Shown: positions 1-12,918, numbered from the whole stretch's first letter. The stretch: 61,909 nucleotides of DNA, filler included, from Hausera hauseri (GCA_046269625.1; 11 parts of 11 records of this genome joined end to end with filler, not necessarily neighbours in it), one strand, 5' to 3'. The notes: generated by a model not told the origin, from the sequence alone. Numbers and translations: made by a program.

Positions 1-430
1 CTGCGAAGATCAAAACCAGTGGTATCGTAAAATTTTCGTGCTACTTCTTTGTATGTGCCAGTTGCCAACTAATACTGACGAATCACCTCTTCGTGATATA
101 AAATATCACGAACTCCGGCTAACCGTGTGATTGGACATTTGAAATGTTTACAACTATTTCGATAACATCGGCTCAGATTACCACTTTATCTGTAAATATT
201 TCCGCAACATTCCGGTAGAAATCTGGTGGATCCATTTGGTTGTTGATATTAACTTCAGTGAGACCCGTTATATGCGTATCAAAGTTGTTGATACGCTGTC
301 TAGGTGTCATAATTCCATACAGCAATGTATCTCCATGCAAGGTCATAATTGATGCTGTAATGGGCTGGAGCTGATTCCATTAGTCATAGGCCAAACGTAC
401 GGCTGCTATGACCATATCATGGTCTGTTAT
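1..430 (-). pseudogene. DEDDh (REX/ISG20-like) 3'-5' exonuclease-fold domain
   Basis: Read in frame through the stop at 380-382: QPITASIMTLHGDTLLYGIMTPRQRINNFDTHITGLTEVNINNQMDPPDFYRNVAEIFTDKVVI*AD..RLAGVRDI, which matches the REX4/ISG20 core pattern. Confidence 0.7.
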
Positions 431-2606
431 TTTGTCAATTCGCCTAAAGGGAATACTTTTGTATTTGATATAATCCGGCTCTAGGAGGTTAAAACATTTT
501 CCTTCCGGGAGGCTTGGACGAAATTTTTCATTTTTGATTACCTCCATAGCTAGTATTATTCGATTGGTGCCGGATCGGATTTTAAATGTTTTTGCATTGG
601 GGGATGAGTGATCAAAGGCTAGACCGTGTTCCGAATCCAAATTAATCAAGTCTTCTTTTATAGCCGTCTTTTTATCGGATGTTTTTATTTGTAATTGGCC
701 GATAAAGCAATAGAGGTTCATTGAGTGGAATCGTTCTGGTAGGATTAATATGTCAGACAAATAGAATGAGGTTGCTTTGGAAATCTGTAGAAGGGCGAGA
801 GAGCGATTCTCTATACTGTAACCTTTTAGGTTGTTTGGAATTTGTTGCGCCTGAGGATAATTGAGGCTTATCATATTGTCATTGTGGACTATGTGATACT
901 GATTGGATGGATTTGCGTTGATAATATGATTTTTAGCATTGTTGTGTAAATGTTTGGATCGATTGGTCGTTTGGATCTGGTGGAAAGTTGATGATGATAC
1001 TGTAATAGACAAAGTCAATGTTGTTTTATACACGATACTTAAACACAACACAACATTTATCATGCAAATCACTACGGTAATCGTTGTGGTTACACAAGAA
1101 TAGATTTTACGGTGAGCGGTAAATAGGTATTGTTTAATTATCTTTATTCTCAGGGTTTCGCAAACAGCAATCTCTGAAACTAGTTGTCAGCTGGGATTAT
1201 CCGTATCTAACGGATTCGTTAGATCACGCATATTGATTCGCACCAAGCTCCTTTTACGTTTGCATCGTAACCGTATTGGTTTTATTGATATCACCATCAT
1301 CACTATAAGTACCAATGGAACTAATGACCCAAACGGGAATGCTTATACGCCGCTCGTGATGGCTTTTTCGTTGTTTTGTTTCTAATCATGTTAACCTTAT
1401 ATGATGGTTCTATTTTATTATTTTGGTTTGTGATTGCCGACATTACTTTGGTGGAAGTTATTGTATCATTTTCATCTAATAATTGTAAGATGACTGAGTA
1501 TCTCGCATGGGGGTCCAGCGCCGCGAACGGCACTACCAGATCGTCAGGTGTTATGACTCCCTTTGCTACTATTGTATCTTGTTTCTTACAACTGAATTTA
1601 ATTTTCACAAAATCAAGATCTGGTCTAACGGAAATAATTAGTGAAGTAGGGGCTGCCACGATGGTTACGTTATCCCATATGGAACGTTTTTGACGGTAAT
1701 AGGAAGCGTAAGGTTTAATTACAACAGTCATCACCCTCGTATTAGCTGAGGAGTGCACAATCGGTGTCGTGAGCTTTTCTTGTATATCATCATATTCTTT
1801 TTAATTTTTATATCGTATAAACATATTTGGTCCTTTTCGTTCTAGTGGATTCAAAAACTTACCGTTTTTCTTTCGAAACAAGGTATAATTGACATAGTAT
1901 ATTCTTCCTCGTGTAACCATACAACAAACTCGTTTACCTTTAATCCTGCTGATTCTGACTTCCGGAACTACTGTTTCTGTTAGCTTTATTGTTATTCGTC
2001 GAATACATTCTAATTGTACCATCGTTATAATCTCAATTCAGCTTCTCCCGCTCTTAAATCCCATTGGCCTTACAATTAGCTGGTTGAGTATTATTTCGTC
2101 TAATAGTTTCGTTCATTTGTTGTCTAGTAGGGATTACTATTGATCTATAAAATTTTGTTTTCTTGCTTTTATAATAATGCCCCTGCTTCTTAATAAGTGT
2201 AAGATATACAAAGTGGACACCTGAGCCTTGTACTATACACTGTGTCTGACTAGTCCCTGAGTGGAATAGACAATTATACTGTCGCTCATTGGGATGTCTT
2301 TTGTCATCATACCAAGGTATCAATTGTATCCCTATTATTTGTACTAGGGGCATTTGTTCTGGCATACTCCAGATCATCATTTTTCGACCTTTCTCTCAAT
2401 GTTATTTTATACTGTAGCGTTTTCATCAACATATCTTCTTTTATGGCCATTGTATGTCTCATTTTTGCTTGTTCAATTTCTTGATTAGTCATCTGTCCTA
2501 TCACCCCGGGAAATAAGAGGATAATAATTAATAATAGACCTTTCTTTAATTGATGAGGTTTATTTGTTGAGTCTACCTCCATCACTTTCTCATTAGTACT
2601 TCGCAC
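430..2606 (-). pseudogene. Post-integrase cargo: signal peptide, ectodomain, FN3-like domain, two hydrophobic segments and an IPNNLKG domain
   Basis: GLLLIIILLFPGVIG signal-like stretch. FN3-like VPFAALDPHARYSVILQL. TM ISIPVWVISS/LVLIVMMVISI followed by RCKRKK (across frameshifts). Second hydrophobic VVICMINVVLCLSIVY. QIPNNLKGYSIEN at 821-841 is shared with contig 8. Confidence 0.55.
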
Positions 2607-3700
2607 TAAATCTTTTCGCCTTTCCTTAATTCACTCTCCTTCGCGGCGGGTTTACATCTATTAACGTGGACCTTCAGAAAAGTGTTATTTTTCTTCAAAC
2701 AAATGTTTGGGAGGTTTACTTTTTCTACTTCGTATGGTCCTTTATATGGCTTATCCAATTTAGATGTTTTCCCCTTTTTAATTGTCGGTGAGTATAACAT
2801 TACTTGGTCACTTATCTTAATTTTTGGTTGTTTGGTCTTTTTATCATGGCACTTTTTATATTTCGATTTATAATCCTTTTGATTACATCCAACTGTTTTA
2901 TATGCCAACTGAAGGCGTTCCTGCATTAGCTGTTTATAGCCTTCTATTTCCATTAAGTGTGAAACTGGTTTCACATTAAAATCTAAATCGATTGGTAGTC
3001 TGGCCTCCCTTAAATATATTAGATAATAGGAGGTTTCTTTAGTAGCTTCATGGACTGATGTCCGATTCACAAAAACACATGCATTGATATATTCATCCCA
3101 ATCATCTTGTCTAGTGTTTACCACGTTTGTAATTTCCCTTTTAAATCTCCGATATACCTCTCGACCATTCCATTATTCTCTGGATGTCCAGGTGTGGATC
3201 GTAGTTTTAATATCTTTAGAATGTCATATAGATTGCATTACAGTTCCGGTGAGATTTGTTGCTTGATCAGTCAAAAGTATTCTCGGGCTCCATAATTAAA
3301 TACTATATTCTCCAAAAATTTCTTATCAATTGTATCCGCCTTCATATCAGCCATTGGTAGGGCAACAACCCATCGAGTGAAATAGTCAATAAAAACTAAG
3401 ATATATCTATTTCCATTCCGTGTTAGCGGTAATGGTTCCGTTATATCCATTGCGGTAAACTCGCATGGTGCTGGGGGATTGTCCCAAACTTTGAGGGGTG
3501 CCTTGTATTTTGATCCCGTGTTCTTCTGGGTAGCACATAATTTACAACTGTCGCACCATTCCTGTACATTTTTCGTCATTGTCGGCCAAAAGTATTTTCG
3601 TTTCAGTTTATTAAGCGTCTTACTGGCTGATTGGTGTCCTCCGAGTAGTCCATCATGGTATTGGGTCAACAGAACTGCTCTATTTTTCTTAGGAATTACT
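2606..3700 (-). pseudogene. Gypsy integrase with HHCC, DDE core and GPY/F domain
   Basis: HDGLLGGH..YFWPTM..CDSCKLC; AMDITEPLPLTRNGNRYILVFIDYFTRW; KLDKPYKGPYEV..VHVNRCKP. Confidence 0.93.
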
Positions 3701-3899
3701 AAGGCAGGTCCGTTTTGATGAATAAAATATAAAAATTCCTCTCTTCGTAAGCTTCACTGAATCGGGCCAAATGGCAGGTTAATTCTCTATTATCCGGTAT
3801 GGTTTTGTCCTTTATGTATTTCCGAATGGCCCTTATTTCAGCGTCTTCATTTTGATCCGCCTTAATTTTTTCTACGGATCCATCCATGCTTTATACGGC

Positions 3900-5200
3900 T
3901 GCAACTACTGCTTTTTCTATTTCCGGATTTATGGGTATTCTAGATAGATAATCCGCAATTCCTTTTCGCGATCCAGGTTTATACTGGAAATGAAGCGTAA
4001 AAGGCTGTAACTTTAGAGCCCATCGTAGAAATCTGCTATTCGGATTCTCATGGTGCTTTAGCCATTGGAGCTGTCTGTGATCTGTATAAATTAAAAGGGG
4101 TTTATTTTCACTGATACGGTGAAAATACTTCTAGAGCAAATATTACTGCTAATAGTGCTTTTTCTATCACCGCATATTTCTTCTGGTGTTTATTTAGTTT
4201 TCGTGAAGCATAAGCTATTGGGTGTTCCTTTCCGTCTTCCTCTTTTTGTGATAATACAGCTCCTACTCCGTAATCACTTACATCTGTTGTCACGATAAAT
4301 GGTTTGGTCATATCAGGATAAATCAATATGGGGGCCGTTAACAGTCTGTCTTTTAGATATTCAAAAGTTTTCTGACACTCATTCGTCCAGACAACTTTAT
4401 CTAGGTCTTCATATAATAGTTCGTACAGGGGTCTCGCAATTTTACTAAAATCTTTTATAAACCGTCGATAATAGTTTGCCAAACCTAAGAATCGACGTAA
4501 CTCCATAACTGTACCTGGCTTCGGAAAATCTCTTATTTTTCCTAAAAGCTTGTCCTGGTGTTTTACACCATGCCTGTCTACTCTATGTCGGAGGAAATCT
4601 ACTTCTGCTTGAGCAAGTGAACATTTCTTTGGATTTATCTTTAGACCCATTATTTCGCATCAGAGATCTTGTAGATCCCTTAGATGTTGAAAATTCGGTG
4701 ATGCTATTATTACACGTCAATATACACCATGGCATGCGGGGCATTTAATAGCAGTTCTGTTCCTCTCTGGAACGTTGGCGGACCGTTCTTCAGTGCAAAT
4801 GGCATGCTATTAAATTCCCATAGCCCTTCTCCGATTGAGAACGCCGTTCTTGGTTTATCTTCCTCTTTCACCTCCACTTGTCAGTAGCCTATTTGTAAAT
4901 CAATCGTTGAAAATATTGTTCATCCATGCAGTTTATCTAGTATTTCGTCAATTCTTGGTAACGGGTATGTATCCGTCTCCGTTATTTCGTTCAATGCTCT
5001 ATAGTCTATACAAAATCTCATGGTCCCATCCTTCTTGACCATTACCACTAGAGCTGTCCATGGGGAACAACTTGGTCGAATTATCTTGTTTTCTCATTTC
5101 TTTTTTTTCCTGCTTCCTATTTTTTATCGTATGCTAACCGATATGATCTTTTCTTGATTGGTTTATCTTGTCCATCCTTTAACTTAATGGTATGTTGTAT
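3900..5200 (-). pseudogene. Reverse transcriptase and RNase H (gypsy), frameshifted
   Basis: WEFNSMPFALKNGPPTFQR; MVYID (YIDD remnant); LRRFLGLANYYRRFIKDFSKIARPL; TDVSDYGVGAVLSQ; HPIAYASRKL. Confidence 0.92.
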
Positions 5201-5368
5201 TATTTTCATTGTACCAGATCATAATCATTTTGTGCAAATCGATTGTTATTTTTCTCCAGCAGCTCGATTAGCATCTTCTCTTCCTTAGTTAAGATTTCGC
5301 ATTTTTGTAATCTCTCATTCCAATTGATAGCTTTATTTCTATTTGGCTCCCTCTTCAGTTTTCTGTCA

Positions 5369-6103
5369 TTATTCTATTTTATCTACATCTAAAATTGTTG
5401 AGCAGATTTCTTTCGTTATTTCTTCAATGGTTGTTACTTTTCCTAGTCTAGTATCCTTTCGTAATCGTTTTTCCTTGTTTGGCGTATTAAAAAGTCGTAA
5501 ATGGACTTTTCCATCCCTTACTTTATCTATGTAAGGGGCGATTAAGACTTCATATTTTTCCATAACTTGTGGAAAGGGTTCAAAATGAATAACCTCCGGT
5601 AATGCTTGACTTTCTATTTTGCCGAGTACCACTATCTCGGATCGTGGTGGGATCGTGGTGTCTTTGGTTAGTGAAACCATTCCCTCGTTACGGTCTTCAC
5701 CGAACGTCTTGAGTTGACACGTTCTCACATCTATGTAAGCATTTTCTAATTGGCTTAATATATCACATCCGATTAAAATTTCATTAGTCAAATTATCTGC
5801 TATCCTTTTAGTATGTTTTATAATTTGTTTGCCAATTCTAATTTTGTCATCTAAGACCATCTTAATTTCCTCTTCTGTGCCGAATGCTCCTACATTTATT
5901 AATGTAGTTGTCGGTCTTTGTAATTTCCTTTTTAACTCCTTTGGCAATTGGCTCTTTCCTATTATCATTGTTGTAGATCCTGTGTCCAGTAAGGCCGTCA
6001 TTGGATATCCATTCACCTCTATTTCTACTTCTGGTCTTATAGGTGGTTGCCGTTCATTTTTATCATCAGTTTTATATGTAGATTCGCGTTTGTAGGGTAT
6101 CAA
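5369..6103 (-). pseudogene. Retrotransposon aspartic protease plus PR-RT spacer domain
   Basis: VNGYPMTALLDTGSTT catalytic motif; ILIGCDIL; TTIPPRSEIVV spacer typical of gypsy Pol. Confidence 0.9.
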
Positions 6104-8208
6104 ATTTTCATCAAAACTTTGTTTTCTGTTGCATCTGATGTATAGAGTACAGTCCTGTTAGTAGTACATATCGAGAAGCTGAGGGATTCACTAATGGTTA
6201 CTCGTATAACTGTCCATGATATTCCTCTGGGATCTAAGTGAGGTAAGTCTGTTACTAACTTTTGTCTATATTTAGGCTCTCGGGACCCCAGTGCCAGTTG
6301 TTTAATGCCAGTCATTCGTTTACGTTTTGCTTTTACTTTTACTTGATCACGTTCGATATCGTCATCATCAGGTATGCTATATGGGGAATCTTTTCCATCT
6401 TTTCTTTGTAATATCTTTCTTTTCCATTGTGCGTCGTGGTTTGCTAGGAAACAACTGGCTACTGCCGGTATTACGGCTATTAGAATTTTCCATGAGCATC
6501 CTACTGCTGCATGTATTCCATATGCTTTACCTAGTGCCGTAAATATTGTCCGTAAGGCGCTAATAATAAAATATATAGCTTGAAAACCGGAAGCTGCTTG
6601 GCCAAAATATAAGAACTTTTCCCACATCTTCTCCATAATATTTCTTGTTACTTTATTTAGATAATCTTTGCGCATTAAATTTTCCCATTGTGATAATCCT
6701 TCACCATCCCACATTACTCGCCTTGTTAATTCTGTTATAACGCGTTGTCTTTGTTGTAGGAATAACAACATTCGTCGATAGTCTTCTAAATTTTGTGTAT
6801 CAATTCCTCCCTGTGATATTCCTGTTAACGGTTCAAATTTCTGATTCCTTTTCAAATTAATCAAACTTAATTTCTCCGGTTTGGGCACTGGTTCTCTCTT
6901 TGGTATTCTAATCCATTTATCGTTATAGATCTTAAACATTGGCGACATTAAAAGTGCAATTGTATAGTGGAGTGGGCTTTACATTAATATCGAATAATAT
7001 CCTAGTCACCGGCATAACATATCGCGCTTCTGAGTGATAAACTACAAGTAATTCCATTGTACATTCGTCTACTGGCCTGATTGATACTTCCGCCTTCTTG
7101 CATTCTATTGTTATAAGTACTTCGCCCATCACTTCCGATAATCCCATATCCAAAGGGCATTACTGGCGCTACCATGTCAGGATTCGTTATTACCAATGCC
7201 ATTTTATTACGTATTATTTCATAGTTTAGTTTACATTCATTCATTATTGTTTCTCGATATAAACCTCTAATTTCTTTTCTCACGTAATTAATTAGAAAAT
7301 CGATCTTATCGAAATATTGTTAGCTTTGTCTTTCTTATCTATTTTGATTTTCGCACCGGGTATTTCTTTTCTCAATAAGAAGATACACTTATAGTTGGTT
7401 TTTGATATTTCTTCGCTGCACTTATTTGTTACTCCCGTGATTTTGAATCGCATCATTTCTTCTGGGCTTTCCGAATATACAATTGTAGCCACTTCTGTCA
7501 TCTTGGCTTCCTTTGTTCCTTCTTTATATGTCGCTGTTTCTTTTTCTGCCGTTTTCCCTACTGTTTTATTAAACTTTCCTTCTTTTAGCAGCGTCAGATG
7601 ACATTTACTTGCTATGGTTTCCCATGTCATTTTCGACTCCAGTATCACATTCACCATTATCATATTCACACACTCATAGTCGTCATCAATTTCGTTTGTG
7701 AGTCGAATAATCCTTCATATTCATTCAACTGGATATGATAGTCTTCTATGGCTACCGTTCTAGGCGCAATGGTACCTCCAACATCGTAGTCCACTCCTTT
7801 ACAGGTACCTTCCATTGTTTTATCTATTCTTCCTGCCCTGAAAATTCTGGTATATTTTATTCTGTTTCGAACTTCCGGTATGTGCGCGTTTTGTATAGTC
7901 ATGATGCCAATCTTAAAAGCATCCTGACATTCTGCTCGTGATATGATTATCGGTTCGAAAGGTGTTATGGCTGAATTTCCAGAATAACAGGTACAATTAA
8001 AGAGGAAAAATGATCTCTTTACATAACATTCCCTGATTTTCGCTTTTATAAATTCGGATTCTTGGTATACCCAGTATGTAAGACCACTTGTCGTTGTTAA
8101 CTGTTCTGGGTCGGCTTCTGGACACTTCTCCAAATTAACTAGAGAGTACTTTTGTCCTTCGCTAGGTTTAGAACAATCGTAAGTCACTATACCCACGGCT
8201 TTTGGCAT
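6100..8208 (-). pseudogene. Chuvirus-type (class III, gB-like) envelope glycoprotein, frameshifted
   Basis: N-terminus GIVTYDCSKP..YSLVNLEKC..VYQ..IRECYVKRSFFLFNC. Middle GEVLITIECKKAEVSIRPVDECTMELLVVYHSEARYVMPVTRIL. C-terminus WEKFLYFGQAASGFQAIYFII..AYGIHAAVGCSWKILIAV. These match the pattern I recall for chuviral G and its retroelement-captured copies. Confidence 0.8.
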
Positions 8209-8308
8209 NNNNNNNNNNNNNNNNNNNNNNNNNNNNNNNNNNNNNNNNNNNNTTAATTAATTAANNNNNNNNNNNNNNNNNNNNNNNNNNNNNNNNNNNN
8301 NNNNNNNN
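8209..8308. other. Artificial contig linker N44-TTAATTAATTAA-N44. Also at 12713-12812, 17405-17504, 23581-23680, 27846-27945, 32048-32147, 39799-39898, 44952-45051, 51381-51480 and 55976-56075.
   Basis: Ten identical 100-nt spacers with stop codons in all six frames. Confidence 0.98.
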
Positions 8309-9811
8309 TTATTTACTATATAAAACTTATCACATACAGGTACATTATTTTATTTCGAACCTTGGCCGTTGCTACTAGGACAAGTCAGATGTTAGCCACA
8401 GTACCGTTATTCTTTGTCGATATATTGAAATACAATTTTTTTATTCAAAATTACACGGTTTTCCTTCTGTACATTTTTTCCAGAATAAAAGTTTGCCAAG
8501 TGGAGAAGAGTGATGTTTTTGGGTGTTTCGGAACATCTTCGATTAGGAGAATTCGTCTGTTCATAAAATCTCTCTTGCAAAGTCATGGTGATTCTATCAC
8601 CGAAGTTCATCGGGTAGATTGTTGATGAAGCACTAAGTTTATAGATCGGTGTTTCGTTTTCGTTATGGATCAGAATCAGTACACCGTTGAAATCAGATGA
8701 ATCTTCTGGTATTTTTTGAAACTCCTTTAATATTCCATCAAAGTATTCATTTGACATTAACATAGGATTCGAACCATTACTGCGATATAAATATAATTCG
8801 ATGCCCCTAACGTAACCTGATCGAGCATGTAATGCATCGTATGGATCTAAAACAATCTGAAAACAATTGTACATAATTGGATGTTCTTGAGGTTTGATAA
8901 CTTTTAACCAGCTCTTACCATTATAGATACAAGCCAAAAAAGTTGATACCACTTTTGTTCAATAAATTCATTGATTAATAATACAATATTAATAAATAAT
9001 ATAACAATATGGAAATTAGATGAAATTGTCATCAATGAAAGTTTATATTGACATGACATTTTTATAATTATATCTTGAATTTCTAACCTCTATTGCTTTC
9101 ACCACATTTGTTGCTGAAAGCATTATCACCAGCAAGAGTTTTACTATTCACATTAAATTCCCAAGAGATGACATCAGCAAACTTTTCCCAGTCACTTTGA
9201 CTGTCTAAGACTATCGATATCAGTTTAAAATTGTCACTCAAATTAATATGCGATTCTGACACAAACCATTTTTGAATGAAATCCTCAGACAACCTTGAAG
9301 AAAAATTTACCTTTTGTGATCTTTAACATTTCATATAATCCTTTTTACATTTGCCAAATTTGTCCTTTTTTATCTGCGATTGTATTTCATCTTGAAATTT
9401 TAATTGAATGACCTTCTCACATTTAGATATCAAACTTTCAAATTCATTGACAATTATTTGAACTAAGCTCGTATGGTGTCGTCCTGAGTATAATTTGCTA
9501 GTTAACTCTGATTCAATAAACCGATGTCCATTTCCGCTGAATGAATAAACTGTAATTGTGATAGATAATAATACATCGCTTAATTGCATGTCAGCCTGTT
9601 CAAGGGTAATATATAGTCTATAACCTTTTAATGAATTAGATAAGGTCAGCACTTCTGTAATCGAGTTCGCTAAATTTGTAACGATTCTCTTTAGTATGAA
9701 ATTTTCTACGCATTTTACTTTTGAAGTTTGGTCCTTTCGATAATCCGTGATTTTTTATCTAAATAATACTGGTTTCTGGAGAGGATATGAAGTGTCCCCC
9801 TCAGATGCCAT
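8309..9811 (-). pseudogene. DEG/ENaC (amiloride-sensitive channel) family gene, disrupted and 3'-truncated
   Basis: FLACIYNGK..HPIMYNCF..SGYVRGIELYL..GVLILIHNENETP..ITMTLQERFY..PNRRC is the typical DEG/ENaC ectodomain pattern. Upstream YRLYITLEQADMQLSDV..ITV resembles the post-TM1 region. In-frame stops are present. Confidence 0.7.
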
Positions 9812-10281
9812 ATAATGTGTGTCTCAGAAATTTATTCTTTTGTTTCTTTATCATTTCTTTTTCTTTCATATTCATTTTCTTCTATTTTCTTTCTTTTATA
9901 AACATATAACTTTTCTTTTAATTCAAAAAGTATCGATTTAACACGATTTTTAATTATTTATTATTATATACATTGACAAAATTACTCTTTTACTGCAACA
10001 AAACAAAAACTTATACACAATTTACAAGAAAGTTCATAGGATTTGTTATCACCATTTATTCTCATGATCCTGGACCTTGATTATTACAATGATTTATATA
10101 TTCACTGGCAGCTTTCTAGTATAATTCCATCTATTTCGTCACGTCATCTACACCGATATACACCACCGTTCGCCGTCTCAATTCCCCATCTCTTACCTTA
10201 ATTTATTATTTTGGTGTATACAGTATTCTTTGTAAAATTCTCCAAATTTGCTTCCACAAAAACACATCATCATGTGGAGGA

Positions 10282-10532
10282 ATGAATAATACAGTAGCAG
10301 CAGGAAATGCAATGATAATGCCACAAGGACCACGACAATCGACAGTAGTAATGAGACCCTCATCATTAACAACAGCAGCGGCAGTTAAACAACCAATAAA
10401 AGTTCCAGCAGCAAATCAATACAATTCATCATCAGGGACAATTATAAGTAGGGCACCTGCGCCTCCTCCTCCATCCGCTAAACCAGCAAATGTTGCTAGT
10501 TTGCCAACGAATAGAAGGATGAGTGACATGCC
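10282..10532 (+). CDS. Probable host exon encoding a low-complexity Pro/Ala/Ser-rich segment
   Basis: GC-richer open frame in AT-rich surroundings, ending at a candidate donor CCG|GTTTGT. Confidence 0.35.
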
Positions 10533-12421
10533 GGTTTGTGTATTTTATTGTAATTTGTTGGTCTGTTAATTTTATTTTGTAATTATTCAGATTTATTTTA
10601 ATTTAATTTTTATTATTTATTCTAATTAATTTATTTTATTTAAAAAATGAGATGTGTTGCAGCATTTTCAAAGATATTTCTATGACTGCGATTTGCATCC
10701 GTTTTAGCCTTAACTGCATTAACTTGTTTAATGCAAATGTAAACTGAGTTACCGATTCATCCCTTTCGTTGCGTTTTTTTTTAAATGCCATGCGTTTCTG
10801 CTGCGGCATTACAGTCGGTAATAGCGTGTACGATTTAGCGTGCCTAGCGGGTATGAGCAAGTGTGCGCATCAGCAGCAGCCGCATTTATCAATTATAATG
10901 ACACACACAGGCACACACATTTATTCATTACTGCAGTGGGTAAAGTTGGCACCTGCGTACAAAAATTGACAACGTCCGGGTTTGTCGTTTATCTTGTTTG
11001 CACTTTATGATTGGATTGTGTTTTTAACATGCTCCTCTGTATTGCCATTTGAATGGTTCTGATTGCCGCTGTGTGTGTGTGTGCAATTATGTAACTGCCA
11101 TGGCAGGGCAGGCAAATGTTACAGTTACGGATGCGCACTGACTTGCTGCTGACTGTTACAATCTGTACAAATTGCAAATGAAATGCACCCAGATGGTAAA
11201 TAAGCTATCACAACACATCCTATGTAACATTTTACTACTCCTCTAACTCTACTCCAATCAGTGTTGAGGAGCAATCAGAAACGATAACACAAAATAAATA
11301 AAACAAATTTGCAATCAAATTCGTCGTTCAAACGTTCCAGATTTCAGTTCACTTTTCCTCTTTCTGTTTTTAACTAATTTTACAATTTCATCTGCCTCCC
11401 CCTCGCCCCCCTCGCCTCCCCCCTCGGCCCCTCTCCCAAATTATTTAGTTTCTCATAGCGTTTTCCTTTGTAAATTATGAAATTTATTGGCTCGTTGCAC
11501 CAATCTATTTGCAATTGTAAATTTCGCTATTCACACACACACACACAATCAATGTGGGCTTTGTCGTTAGTTGTCATTTTTATCTCATTAACTTGGCAAT
11601 ATGTTGACCATATTCATTTGGAATTTTATCTGCCCATTATTGACAAAGATGATCCGTTGATAGTCGTTGACTAATAGTACTGCAGTAGGACACATTCAAA
11701 TGAGAACAATCAGCGACACACACACAAGCACACACACACAAGCACATACAAACACAGACAATCTGAACGTATCCAATGCGTACTACTCAATTAGCCATGT
11801 TAATCAATTTATTATCCAATTCGAATATTCGGTACACACATTACAAAATTTATAAAAATTCAAACCAATTGTGAATCACTCTGAAAAAGTATTTTATCGC
11901 TAAACCAAAACTGTAGTAGATTAATATAAAATTTCCTAATTTCTATAACAAACAATAATTTGACCATTTTCTCTCTCTCCTCGTCTGAAATCTCTCATCA
12001 TGACATTTTATAAACACATGAAAATTCAAATGTTACAAACACACGAAATTTAATAAAAGCTACCCGAAATCGTAACCAACTAACAAAGGGCATTTGTAAA
12101 ATAAACCAATTCACGATAGCTGCATATGAATGCAAAATGACAATTCTGAGACAAACTCCCCCTCACTCCATATTAATTAAATTAATTCAGTAAAACAAAT
12201 GTCAATGTGACGATTGGGTGAATTCGTGATTATTTTTTATTATCCCACAAGTATCACATGAGATATTTTATGAACATTGTATTTCAAACAAAATTAATTT
12301 TTATTAGTGTTTTTTAAATGCCTTTAGCCAATGGTAATCATTCAGTCGACACATACATTGCGTTGCTCAAAGTTGAGTATTTAATTAAATTAAATGAATT
12401 TACAAATATTTTAGGAAACTG

Positions 12422-12712
12422 TTAAGAAAATGTAATGAAAAATGCAAAGTAAACAAATAATAATATATTTTCTATTACATTTTTAACAATATCATCATAT
12501 TCCAAGGTTTTCAAACCTGTGATTACAACTTTACCTGTGTGGAAAACATTGACACATAATGGATCAAAATTAATTAGTCGAAGTGCTGGGAATATTTCAG
12601 GCTCATAAAAGCATGGTACATTCTGTGATAATCCATATAGATTAATTGATTGTTTGAGATCAATAGTGACTGAGGCTGACTGCATTCTTTCAATAACAAT
12701 ATTCAGAGGTAA
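12422..12712 (-). CDS. Divergent TATA-binding-protein-like protein, second repeat, 5' end cut by the contig
   Basis: MQSASVTIDLKQSINLYGLSQ..YEPEIFPALRL..VNVFHTGKVVITGLK matches TBP repeat 2 (YEPELFPGL..IF.SGKVVLTGAK). Homologous to 28098-28549. Confidence 0.8.
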   Translation of the reverse strand, partial: LPLNIVIERMQSASVTIDLKQSINLYGLSQNVPCFYEPEIFPALRLINFDPLCVNVFHTGKVVITGLKTLEYDDIVKNVIENILLFVYFAFFITFS

Positions 12713-12813
12713 NNNNNNNNNNNNNNNNNNNNNNNNNNNNNNNNNNNNNNNNNNNNTTAATTAATTAANNNNNNNNNNNNNNNNNNNNNNNNNNNNNNNN
12801 NNNNNNNNNNNNA

Positions 12814-12864
12814 GAGTCTACCAGCGAGGTGGAAATAACGAAAAATGGAACCGTCATTGTATAA
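12814..12864 (+). pseudogene. Possible C-terminus of a Polinton major capsid protein
   Basis: ESTSEVEITKNGTVIV* resembles the MCP terminus (E..+EID..R.V) and sits directly before the protease, as in typical Polintons. Confidence 0.4.
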
Positions 12865-12918
12865 ATAAAATCTGATATATTTCTTTTTCTTAGTACCATT
12901 AAATAATTTATTATTATT

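Larger units (their letters stand above)
1..8208 (-). mobile_element. Degenerate Ty3/gypsy LTR retrotransposon: glycoprotein-PR-RT-RH-IN-3' cargo, both ends truncated by the contig
   Basis: PR-RT-RH-IN order on the minus strand is diagnostic of Ty3/gypsy. Many frameshifts and stops. Confidence 0.9.

Noticed and set aside
5500-5680. PR-RT spacer as an active dUTPase
   Set aside because: Lacks dUTPase motifs I-V; this spacer is common in gypsy Pol.
8253-8264. Recurrent TTAATTAATTAA as a biological repeat or piggyBac target
   Set aside because: Always centred in N-runs of identical length, so it is an artificial linker. Gene adjacency across linkers was not used as evidence.
10636-12200. Short ORFs among CA microsatellites and the C-rich tract at 11393-11437
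   Set aside because: Low-complexity, intron-like sequence with no coding signal.
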